64,000 nucleotides of DNA, from NCBI GenBank assembly GCA_951406725.2, contig OX597830.1, forward strand, positions 14,570,001-14,634,000, read 5' to 3'. The DNA is from Octopus vulgaris (lineage: Eukaryota). The notes below the pieces were generated by a model. That model had not been told where the DNA came from, searched no databases, and worked only from the letters and a program-made list of their open reading frames with translations. The translations under genes were made by a program, and so were the position numbers. Below, one piece after another: positions 52,338 to 64,000 of this stretch. Numbering within the stretch: the first letter of the stretch is position 1; each line of letters opens with the position of its first letter.

Positions 52338-54290
52338 TATGATGACCGTCCACTCGCGACCGAAGGATACCATTACTGACCTTCAGGAACATTATTTGCT
52401 CTAAGACTAACTTATATTTTGCGTTTGCGGCTCCGTTGGTCGCTAATGAGCCCTGCTCTTGACAAGCATACACAACTGCAAACGTTTCAAACCAAGCTTT
52501 CTTCCTTCACTACGCTCGCAGTAAGCTTTCGAGTATCACGATAAAATTCTTCATAAAGAATGCGTGCTCATTCAAAGCTGTCGAACCCCTGCTTAACCTC
52601 CTTTCTCTATCTGTGGTGAGGAAAGGCATTGCTCTCCTAGCCGGTCTCCTGCCTTTAATAAGGACTTGAGATAATCCTTAAATCGCAGCCTTGGTTTCTG
52701 CCGAGGTCTCTTTCCACTAACATGTTCCGCATATAGCATCTGTTTAGGGATATTGCTATCCTTCATTGTAATAAGGTATCCAGTTCAACGTAACCGGTGA
52801 TTGTGCACCATCTCCTCAATACTCAAGATATCAGCTCTCCTCAAGACCTGTGTGTCTGGAGTTTTTAAGGTCCAGCTAACATTCAGGATATGTCTCAGAC
52901 ATCTCTGATGGAAAAGTTCAGAGACCATGTCTCACAACAGTAAAGAGAGATGTCAGTACACATGCCCGGTAAACAGTAATTTTAGTTTGACTTGTGATGC
53001 CATGCTGGAACCTGACACGAGACTAAAGAGGCTGGAAGGAATCAGTTGCTCTCTGCAACCTGAAATATATTTTATCATCCAGGGAGCAAGAATGGCTGAG
53101 TGTGCTGCCCAGGTAGACAAACTTGTCTACCATTTTCAGAATTGTTCCTTCAACCAAGATAGCTGGTTCCACATATGGAATTCCTGGTGCAGGCTGGAAC
53201 ATTACAACAGTCTTGTCCAGGCTAATGCCGAGTTCAAATATCTTGCAAGAAGCAGAAATACGATTCGTAAGTATTTGCATTTCATCCACTGTATGAGTGA
53301 CTAAGTCACAGTTATCTGCATAAAGGAGGTCACGTATAAGAGACTGGAAAACTTTTGAATTGGCAGAAAATCAGCGCAGATTAAAGAGGCAGCCAGAAGA
53401 TCGATACTTGACAAATATTCCCAGAGAGCTAACCTTAGCAAAAGGATTTACATCTGCTTTACTGTGAAAATCATGTCCATTGTCCTTCTACGAGATCGGA
53501 AGCCACATTGGGATTCAGATAGGACATCATTTACGAGACACCTGTACAGGTGGGTAAGAAGAATATTTACCAGAACCTTGCCAGCAGCTGATAGTAGAGC
53601 AATACCTCTGTAGTTACCACGCATTATTCTAGCTCCTTTTCTTTATAGATAGGAAGAATAATTGCATCCTTCTAATCCCTAGGGCATCCCTCCAGTCTAC
53701 ACTAGTAAGTTCATAAAAGGACTGTATGATATAATGACCAAATTCCAAGACCTCAGCACAAATTCCATCCCTTCCAGGTGCACAACCAAGATTCAATTTA
53801 ATTATTGTTGTCATTATCTTATCTATTGCGGGCGTGGGATTTTGAGGAGCCAATGATAGGTCTTTGTTGCATAGTATCAATCACTGTTTCATCCACAACT
53901 GACTCATAGTTTAGAAGTTCAGAGAAGTGCTAAATCCAGCGATCTGTGGTTTCTGTTGATTTTGCAAATAGGGTAGAAGACTCCTTGGAATGCCAAGGGG
54001 CTGATGCAGAGCTCTTAGGCTCATAAACTTGCTTCGAAAGATGGTAAAGCTTCTTGCTGTCATTTGCAGCAGCTTGAACACCACGAGCAAGATCCTCCCC
54101 ACCAAGTGTTCTGCATCTTCCTGAGAGATCGCTGCAATAGTGATTTTACACTGTTATAGTGGGCAAGTGCTAGATTTCGCTGCACAGCTGGAAGTCCTCT
54201 GTGCAGCAATACATGGCGCTTTACAACCAATAGTCACTGAACTTCAGCATCATTTTCATCAAACCAGTATCATAAATTCTCGCATACTAT
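52338..54290 (-). mobile_element. Degraded RTE (BovB-like) LINE: RT to 3' UTR
   Basis: Motifs APGRDGICAEV, CGNYRGIALLSAAGKVL, ESQCGFRSRRRTMDMIF, LLYADNC, VDKFVYLGSTLS and KQMLYAE...QKPRLRFKD, with stops and frameshifts. Confidence 0.9.
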
Positions 54291-54389
54291 AGTATTTTCA
54301 ATGTTGGACAGGCGAGTCTAAAGCTCTTACCTGCAGCTTTCGATGTACGTGTCCATAGCTATACCGTTTCTCTTTGATGCAGGCATGTA

Positions 54390-54678
<289 letters not shown>

Positions 54679-57250
54679 ATTTATATCACTGTACATAAGC
54701 GAGTGAGTTGTCAGTATTGTAGAGAGGCGGAATATTTTAAACTTCTGCAACGGAATGAACACATAGATTGAATGATTTAACCAAAAATTAAGTCCACAGA
54801 CTAATGGAATACGTGCCTTATTGTGTAACAAATTCTTTTAGGTATTTAATCAGATATTCTGTTTCTCCCAACAATCCAACCGTTTGAATAAATCAGCAGT
54901 AATGTTTTTTTTTCTTTTGATTAGTATGTCCACACCTAAATTATCGACTCCTCAATGATCAAAAGAGAAGCTTATTCTGGGAAAAGTTCATGAGAGAAGT
55001 AGACAAAATGGTAGACAAACATCCACTAAAATTCATTTAGTCCATTTTTTTTCATTAACCTTCTTTTTCACGATTTTGTTAACGCCCTAAATTTGAAGCA
55101 ACGTTATCACTCACTGATATCGTCTTTATACTTCCATTAATTCCATTCAAGATGGTGAACAGGTTAAATCTAAGATATTTACAAAGTCTTTATCAATTGC
55201 AGCTTTCAATGCCGGGAATTTAAAAGTAACGTGAAATTTGGGCTGAACGCAAAATATTTGAAACTTTAGATTAAAGTGCAACAATACCTGAAACTAAAAT
55301 TCAATGAATCGATTCAGTGCAGTTTTATAGTGTCTATTTATATATCTTGCTCTCAAATAGTTGGCATGCAGTTACGAGAAAATCTTATTTTCAATATAGT
55401 CAGTAATATGTCCACTTGCTTTTCATTGAACATTTATATTCTCAAAGATATAAAAAGGTAAATTGTGAAGCCGAATTAGCATTTACAATTTTTAAGGTTG
55501 TCTTTTTTTAAAAATTTAATTAATTTATTTGATTTTGGTAAAAGTTGTTAAAGAAGAAGCCTGTTCCTCTAATTTTACAAAACTACGTAAACCGAAATAT
55601 AACAACGTGCATTCTGATAATACGATTATATTAAAACAATGAACATTAGGTTTTTGACTCATGTTCATTTAAGAATTTCCGGTAGTTATCTAAATTCACA
55701 TATTTCTGACTCCAACTCAAATGCTTCAACAACTGGAAAACTTGGCTGAAATCATATAACTTTTAAGCAACACTGTATTGCTACATCACATAAGCTAATG
55801 CTAAATAACTTTCCCACTGAAGTAACTGTATCTCAGGCAATATCGATGTTGAGCAAGCCCCAACAGAATTTGTATGCTGCAATTCGAATTGAAGCAGCAG
55901 AATAACTCAAACACGAATTAACTTGAGATTTTAAGCTTCTGGAGAACGCGTAGTCATGAGGACAATGCCTCGATACTCAAAGTAATTCGTGCTCCATTCG
56001 CGATATGGATCCACGTCGTAAAAGCTGCTCCTCTGAACCTTTGAAACCGCATTCACATTCGTCTCTATATGATATGTTTTGTGGGTAGGGGGTTCACACT
56101 CTCAAAAGTAGTGTTTAAGCGAACGTTTTAGGTATATAATTCAGGATGAAGTCATCAAGATCATTTACTGAAAGTAAAACTGATACTATGCAATTCTTGC
56201 AATACTGTTTTATATTCATTAAAACATTGCCACTCAATTGATAACGTGGTAAATTTGAATTGTGTTTGGAACGTCGAATAGAATGCTTTGTGATATTGGT
56301 TTCACTTACCACCGATGCCAACAATTCTTTTCATAATTTCAGGGTCGATAAACAATACAGTGACAGCCAAGGACGGCTGAATTGTTACAACAAACGAAAT
56401 GCCTGGTAGTATATCCTTCTGGCCTGTGCATTATGAGTTCAAATCTCTCAAGAAGAAAATGTAACACTTCTGGCAGGAATCTCAACGGACAGAGAGTGTC
56501 AGAATTCATGTATATAAAAAAAGGATACATGATTTCTTTGCTTCACTGGGAAGATGGGTTGCTGTGTTCTGTAATGATGCGATTCTATATTGTTTCAGAT
56601 GTTTATAGGAAAAATAACGGTTTCTCAGATTAAAACAATATCAAATATGTCTAAGAAAAGTGTGGTGTGGATAAAATTATGTGGCAGTTGATGTTTGGAC
56701 AGTGTACCTCATTGTAGGGTTCTAAAAAACAAAGCCGAATGGTTAGAGAGTTGAATTATCACACTTCATGCTCAGATTATGATTCCAGAATAAAATTCCC
56801 TCAAATGGGTGTTTCTTTAGAAAACCATACAACGACTTGATTTTCGGAATAACAGGATTTGTGTTCGCTTCTAAGGCATAGATTTACCCTGCATTTACTG
56901 ATTAATTTTACAGATATGAGAATCAAGATTATGAAGTCAGAATAGAAAGGTTTATAGGGATATTTAAACATAACTCTTTCGTTCGTCAAGAAATCAAATA
57001 ATTCGATAATAGGGATTTATAGATTTTTCAGCTGTATTAACTTCCAATTGAAGTGAAATATAAAAGCCTCATCAAAGACAAAAACAAAAGAATGATTCCC
57101 TAAAGTCAGATCATCGAGGTTTTAACACCTCATATACTGAACTTCTATGTGGTCACTCGACCTCCTAGATATAGCAGCTAAATTCGCTTAATCGAACATC
57201 TCTATGTTAAGAAGTTGTTTATTGTATTCATACTCTTTACTCTCTCTCTC

Positions 57251-57656
57251 TCTTTTACACTTTTACTTGTTTCAGTCATGGGACTGTGGACATGCTGGTG
57301 CACCGCCTTTTTTAGTCGATCAAATCGACCCCAGGACTTATTCTTTGTAAGCCTAGTACTTATTTTATCGGTCTTTTTTTTCCGAACTGCTAAGTTACGG
57401 GGACGTAAACACACCCGCATCGGTTATCACGCGATGTTGGGGGAGACAAACATGCACATACATATATATATATATACATATATACGACGGGCTTCTTTCA
57501 GTTTCCGTCTACCAAATCCACTCACAAGGCTTTGGTTGGCCCGAGGCTATAGTAGAAGACACTGCATGCCAACTATTTACCCAAGGTGCCACGCAGTGGG
57601 ACTGAACCCGGAACCATGTGGTTCGTAAGCAAGCTACTTACCACACAGCCACTCCT
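57251..57656 (-). mobile_element. SINE family B, full length
   Basis: Reverse complement of 11617-12045. Confidence 0.9.
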
Positions 57657-60194
57657 ACGAAATTATGAAACAGAAAAAGGCATCATAAAACTTGGATGGA
57701 ATGTCATTGGCCACGGCTATAACAGACTGAACAAGGACGAGAACGGCGACGACAAAGCCAGCATCAAAACCGTGTCGGATGAAGATATAAAAAAGAGCAA
57801 TCTTTCTATTGGTCCACCACTTTATCAGTAGTTGTTATTGCCATCACACATCCTCAGATGATCAAATCAACGATGTATGTACCAACCGCGGATAAACCAT
57901 TTTTGTATATCAAGGGCTACTTTCACCAACGTACACCTCTTTGTTTAAGACGTTAGGGGGTGATTTGAGGAGTATTCGTTTGCTATTTTTATCACATCTG
58001 TTTTGACTACAACGAGGCTCTCCTGTTACCATGTCAGTTATTTTCCTTGTGTCATGCAGTGCTACGTACTTAGTACAGTTTGGTAGATGTTTGCCAAAGA
58101 AAAACTGAAAATAGAAATATTTCAAAGTGAAATTCTTTACCAAAAATATCAAACCGTTCCGTGGGAATACTTGAAAGTATAACATAACGCTCTCTACTTT
58201 CACTGTGCTTTCAAATTTCACCATCATAATTTATTACATGTTTTCTTTCATGGAAAATTTTATTTATATTTATGCTGTAATTTCATAAACATATTTTGGA
58301 AAATTTATAAATTTTTTTTTTAGGTTTGGTTGAATATTTCTACTTATTTTGGGATTTTTTTTTTCTGCTAAGAAGAAGAAGAAAGAAAAAAGAAACAATG
58401 GATTTGACCAGGTTTAATGATTTCAGTTTTCATGTGGGTTGGGTGTTGGGAAGAATTTTCTAAGCAACTCAGCATTTCTGGTGATTTCCACATTAGAAGA
58501 CTTGCAGAGAAAGAGAGAAAAAATTGAATCTCTGAATAACTAAAATCAGCAGCAATGAGAAAAGAAAGAGATGGAGAGGAAGATAAGGAATAAAGAAATC
58601 CACAACAAACAGACAAATAAATAAAGAGAAATCGAAGCGAATAAAAAAAACCCTGTTCCTTGTCAGAAGTATAAATAATTGAACGAGGAAAAAATGTAAT
58701 GTAACATACAGCTGTATTTTGCAAATAAAATGAAGGAGAATTTAATTGAAAAAAAAAATAAGTATGCTAAATAAGAAAGCTATTCACATGGTTGGGGAAA
58801 AAATTTAAGAGGAATGAAAATATTTTTAAAAAAGTGAAAAACGAGTGAAATTGAGTCGTAAGAGAGAACGAAAAACATAATGAGAATGAAAGTATGCATA
58901 ACATTGAGTAAGGATTTAAGAGAGGGAGAGTAAGTGAGAGGGAGAGAAAGTGAGAAGGAGAGAGATTGAAGGAAATATAGAGGGAGAGATAAAGGGAGTG
59001 AAAGAAAGCGAGAAATAGAGAAAGGGGGGTGGTTTAATTTAGTAAAATCCGAGGTCGCTAGGAATGGGTGCATGTGTGCTAGAAGAGGTGTAAGTTAAAG
59101 AAAAGAATCGTATGTGTGAGAACGTCTGTAAGTTAAAGAAAAGGTGAGGGGCGGTTGAATAAAATGAAATGAAATGAAAAAATAATTTTACAAAATAGAC
59201 CAAAAATATAAAATTTTTTCCATGATTTAATTTCGGTCGGCAGAACGAAGTATTTTTATCTTGGGGCGTACAGGCGACTGCCAAGAAATAGGGGGCGATG
59301 GAGTGACGCAGAACATGCCCTTGAGTAGGGAGTGGGTATAAGACAAACGAGAGGAAGGCGTTACGTATATGACGTGCTTGTCTTTGTGTATGTGTGCCTG
59401 TGTGTGTATACATACATACATTACATACATACATACATACATTACGTACATACATATATACTTTCATATATATATATATATAACATATATATATATAATA
59501 TATATATAATATATGTATGTATGTATGTATGTATGTATATACACATATGCCCAGTGTGTATAATTGTATGGCAGTGTGTATTTTTGGTGGAAAGCCGGAG
59601 AACCCCAAAGGAGAACCGACTCGACGTAATAGGTTGAAAGATGCTGTAACAGTGAGGAGAAGTAGATTGTTAGATAAGACGGAAGCCAAAAAAGTGACGA
59701 CAGAATAAAACGTAATGTGGAGAGGGTGAGGCCAACAGCTATATTTAAAAAGTTTCATTCTATAAGACAAAAAAAGAATTCTTCAGTGTTAAAAAGAACA
59801 CTGCTGTGGCGTGAACAAAAATGTCACAAAAATTAAAGTTGACAGAAATTGGAAGAAATCTCGGAGGAAATGTTAAGGGAGTTGGAACAATTCCTTGGGA
59901 ATTCTAAACCTACATTCACAATAAATTCGGTATTATCATTTCCCGAGAGCTTTAATTTGAAACGCTTAATGTAAAAATTGATATATTATTCTACAACTGA
60001 GAATATTTGATTTCCACTTTCCATTACCCTGTTAACTGTTGCTTCATTAACCTAGTGATATGGAAAATACGTGGTCCAGAAAGATTACGAAATGTAGAAA
60101 ATGAGGTACGTTGGTGCATTTGGGGAGAAGGATATATGTGATGGTTTGTGCAGGTCTGACAATAACGTTGGACAGTTTTAATAATAATAATTAC

Positions 60195-60385
60195 AAATTT
60201 TGACGCGGAGTCAGCTGTTTTTGAGTGGCAGGTAGATGGTAAGTACTTGACTGGTACTTATTTTATCGACCCTGAAAGGATGAAATGCAAAATCGATATC
60301 GGCAGAATTTGAATTCAGATGGTAAAAAGTATAAAATGCTTAACAACATTTTACCGGACGGTTTAACGATTCTGCCATCTCACTC
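60195..60385 (-). mobile_element. Family A SINE, degraded
   Basis: CTGGTACTTATTTTATCGACCCTGAAAGGATGAAA. Confidence 0.75.
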
Positions 60386-60447
60386 CTTCGACAACTCTAG
60401 TAAAAATACAACCGAATTATTTTAGCTGTATATTATGAGAAAAGAGT

Positions 60448-60830
60448 GGAGGCGTAATGGCCCAGTGGTTAGGGCAGCGGACTCGCGGTCGTAGGATCGC
60501 GGTTTCGATTCCCAGACCAGGCGTTGTGAGTGTTTATTGAGCGAAAATATCTAAAGCTCCACGAGGCTCCGGCAGGGGATGGTGGTGATCCCTGCTGTAC
60601 TCTTTCACCACAACTTTCTCTCACTCTTACTTCCTGTTTCTGTTGTACCTGTATTTCAAAAGGGCCGGCCTTGTCACTCTCTGTGTCATGCTGAATATCC
60701 CCGAGAACTACGTTAAGGGTACACGTGTCTGTGGAGTGCTCAGCCACTTACACGTTAATTTCACGAGCAGGCGGTTCCGTTGATCGGATCAACCGGAACC
60801 CTCGTCGTCGTAACCGACGGAGTGCTTCCA
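60448..60830 (+). mobile_element. SINE family C, full length with TSD
   Basis: A and B boxes present; TSD ATGAGAAAAGA at 60435-60445 and 60832-60842. Confidence 0.92.
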
Positions 60831-61153
60831 AATGAGAAAAGAAGGAGTCATTCTTGATGTAAATGTAAACTACGAGTAACGAAATCATTATTTACAAACG
60901 GACTGCAAACACTGAACCTTATGATACACCCTTTCTTTACATTTGAGTGCAATATGTTTGCGTTGTATTACGTGTGTTGCTAGGTGTCAGATTCTTGTCC
61001 GGTTACTGTGCAGTTTCATACTGTTTTAATGAGGATATCGGCTGATTAGTTAATTGGAGCTGTTTTCTATGTCATAAACTTATTTTGTTTCGTTTTTGGA
61101 TTTGTTTTGCAAACTTCTTTATATGAGTTCGTGTGTTGAAGCATATTCTGTTG

Positions 61154-61405
61154 TGTCTGGGGAGAGTCATTTTCTTTTTGTGCCTTATTATGTAACACAC
61201 TCACCGGTAATATTTCAACGTTTTTCTTATTTTTATTGTCCTAAAATTTTCGTTGCGTCTTGCAACCTTTTCAATAATTTTGACTCAAAACTATTGAAAA
61301 AATTGCAAGACACAACGAAAATTTCAGGACAATAAAAAAGTGGAAATTTTACCGGTGAATGTGTTACATAATAAGGCACAAAAAGAAAATGACTCTCCCC
61401 AGACA
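61154..61405. repeat. Imperfect foldback, ~120-130-bp arms, 1-nt spacer at 61284
   Basis: TGTCTGGGGAGAGTC...TTTTGA-C-TCAAAA...GACTCTCCCCAGACA. Confidence 0.9.
61241..61277 (-). ncRNA. Minimal hammerhead variant with U3-A8 core
   Basis: Minus strand UUA-UUGAAAA-G-GUUGC(AAGAC)GCAAC-GAAA-A-UUU/UAG. A decayed mirror copy lies on the plus strand at 61291-61327. Confidence 0.5.
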
Positions 61406-61889
61406 ACAAACTTTTTTGTTTTTCCAGTAAATATAAAGGATTTTTTTGAATTCTGAATATTATTTGATTCATAATATCAGGAATAAGGAAGGTAGTAGTA
61501 TATTTACAGAAGCATTTGTTGGATATCGACTGAAATGTTCTGAATATCATTATTTCCCTCAACGTTTCATCTGTTACTGAATTGATGTTTTACTATAAAA
61601 CCGTTGTTACTGCTTTATTTTTGTTTATATAAATTGTTTTCTCTATGTATTCGTTTGCTTTACTTATGCCAGTTCGTTTACACTAGCATGAGTTAGACAA
61701 ATATATTATTCAGGCAATATTTTAAAAATATATGCCCTACCTCACACTAACGCTCACCGTATTTTGAGTAGAATGAGGTCGTATTTTACACATTTTCGAA
61801 GGTGCGAAGCAACCGGATAAATTTTTTGGGGGGAAGTTACAACAGAATACGTAGCGATTTCCGTAGAGCACAGATTCAACAAACATACA

Positions 61890-61938
<49 letters not shown>

Positions 61939-61989
61939 ACACGCAATTCGTACACATATACGCATACACAAACATATATGTATATGTAT

Positions 61990-62130
61990 GTGCGCCTTTC
62001 TGTTTCCGTTTCCACACCCACTCACAAAGCCTCGGTCGGCCTGGGGTATAGAAGAATCTTGTCCAAGTTAGCGCAAAGAGGGATTGAACCTGAAACCACG
62101 TCACTGGGAATTTCTCATCCACACAGCCAT
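61990..62130 (-). mobile_element. Degraded 5' half of a family B SINE
   Basis: CTTTCTGTTTCCGTTTCCACACCCACTCACAAAGCCTCGGTCGGCC...CACACAGCCA. Confidence 0.65.
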
Positions 62131-63082
62131 TTTGAGGCTGTATATAAAAGCAGAAGAATGACTGTGTGTGCTAAAAGAAAATCACAAGGAAAGATAGACA
62201 ACATATTGTTTTATACAAATACCAAGCGAATGGTCAACTGTTTGATGTATGTTTGTACAACCCTTTCTCTCTCTCTTTCTTTCTGTCTTTCTTTCTTTCT
62301 TTCTTTCTTTCTTTGCATGTATATATGTGCAAACGCGTGTAGGTTGGGGTTGGAATTTGTACGATGCACCTGAAATTTTCGGCAACATAGCACGTGCAAC
62401 AAACTTACTGAAGTTTTGATCACTTTTAATCCGCGAACATTTTGAATGCTGCAAGTCGGTGCAATGGTGTTAGGTAACTATAAAAACATTGCTAGTACAT
62501 CAATATAGCATGAAAATTAGAAAAAGAAACGTAACATACCAATATATAGAATGAATATCGTTCAATTTAGAATAGATTTTGGAGAATATACCCTACGATG
62601 CCAGTTCCACAGGGCATGCATATAAAGAATTGTAGAGTTGGACGTAACAAATTATGGAGTATCATTTTAACATAAGAGTATATTTGAATTAAATGCTTCT
62701 GAAGTAAAAGACGTTAATGCTTGTAAGCATTTCTTTGCAACAGAAAAATGGCAAAGTTTTTACTGTTGGAACCTGAAATATGCATTTTTCTTTTGCTCTA
62801 AGACCTCGCAACTGGTGACACTTTTGACTGCCAAGCTGAGTAATGTATGAATTGTTAGTTACTTTTTTTTCTGATATTTTAAGTGAAATATTTCAACTTC
62901 ACCAAGTAATTCATCATCCACTTAGTACTAATTGAATTCATTCTTCGACTAATGTGCAAAATCGCAAATTGCCCCACCGCAGTTCGATGTTTACGACGTG
63001 AATTAGTCCAATGAATTAAATTATGAAGTAGCTACTATGATTTTAATGTCAATGATGTTAAACATTATAATTAATGATTTGA

Positions 63083-63530
63083 TATTTTCACTAGGAAAGG
63101 CCACGAGCTGGCAGAATCGTTAGCAAGCTTGTCTGAATTTCTTACATCTTTACGTCCTGAGTTCAAATTCTTCCGAGGTTGACTTTGATTTTTATCCTTT
63201 CGGGGTCGATAAATTAAGTACCAGTTGCATAGTGGCGACAATCTCATCAACTAGCTCCTTCCCTCCAAATTTCGAGCCTTGCGCCTAGGGTGGAAAGGAA
63301 TATTTTCACTAGGGAAGGTGATGAGCTGGCAGAATCGTTAGCACACCTGTCTGAATTTCTTTCGTTTTTACGTTCTGAGTTCAAATTCCGCCGAGGTCGA
63401 CTTTGCCTTTCATTCTTTCAGGGTTGATAAAATAAGTTCCAGTTGTGGACTGGCGTCGATGTAAATCGACTTACTGCCTCCACCGAACTTTCTAGCCTTG
63501 TGCCAAAATTTGAAACCAATGTTTTCACTG
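63083..63530 (+). mobile_element. Tandem dimer of family A SINEs
   Basis: Two ~218-bp units, each preceded by TATTTTCACTAGG. Confidence 0.85.
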
Positions 63531-64000
63531 CGGAAATCAAATATATCCACTCAAAATTTCTTTATCCTTGAATACGGAAAGCAGCAGTTTTATATACCAG
63601 TCTCTCTTTTGTTGAGAATCGCCATGCTTGAAGTGGTTTTTATTTTGTTTTTGTTTTTTAAATATATCGAGTTTACTGAAGCAACGTGATATGTAGAAAA
63701 TAAGTATTCTATCTTTTGTGGTAGATATATTAGATCATTCGTGAAATAACCATAAAATTTAATTCCGCGGTTTAATTGCAAAGAAAGTATTATGTAAGAA
63801 GCCCACTAACGATTGAAATATTTTACTATTGCTTACACCACTACTATTTTATTAGCAACTGGGCAGAAAATAAGGCATCTATGAAGAACCGAATTTGAGA
63901 AAAAGGCATAGAAGCTTTGTACTGTAACCAATAGCATGGTTTCCTAATAAACGACAGATTTGGATCATCGCCTGTTCTCTTTCACATTTCCAAAAGCAAC

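Noticed and set aside
54840-57100. Microsatellite-free 2-kb region, possible decayed transposase or exons
   Set aside because: Only short ORFs with no recognisable motif.
59039-59770. 243-aa minus-strand ORF
   Set aside because: Spans a TA/TACA microsatellite and F/L/S-biased antisense of purine-rich DNA; no domain.
60448-60520. tRNA gene
   Set aside because: Has A/B boxes but no proper cloverleaf, and continues into a SINE body with a TSD. The same applies to 26309 and 28505.

Overview
AT-rich, microsatellite-saturated eukaryotic DNA with no recognisable host gene. Nearly all ORF-track entries are translated microsatellites or repeats. The SINE families and repeat landscape look like a coleoid cephalopod, most likely Octopus (inferred from recalled repeat motifs, not from a search). 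Contents: more than 30 tRNA-derived SINE copies from at least three families, a full-length but inactivated mariner (44876-46164), two non-autonomous Helitrons with A|TC...CTAG|T-type ends, a young RTE 3' fragment, an old RTE relic, Dong/R4-like relics, and Penelope-like (PLE) RT and GIY-YIG relics. The most notable signal is non-coding. There are six complete type I hammerhead ribozyme folds plus one half-motif, in apparently unrelated sequence contexts. Three have intact catalytic cores (11178-11219, 18135-18195, 34411-34492), and one has a compensatory U3-A8 core. They are tied to (TA)n tracts and to long foldback palindromes whose apex lies at the ribozyme motif. All folds and translations were done by eye and need computational and biochemical confirmation.
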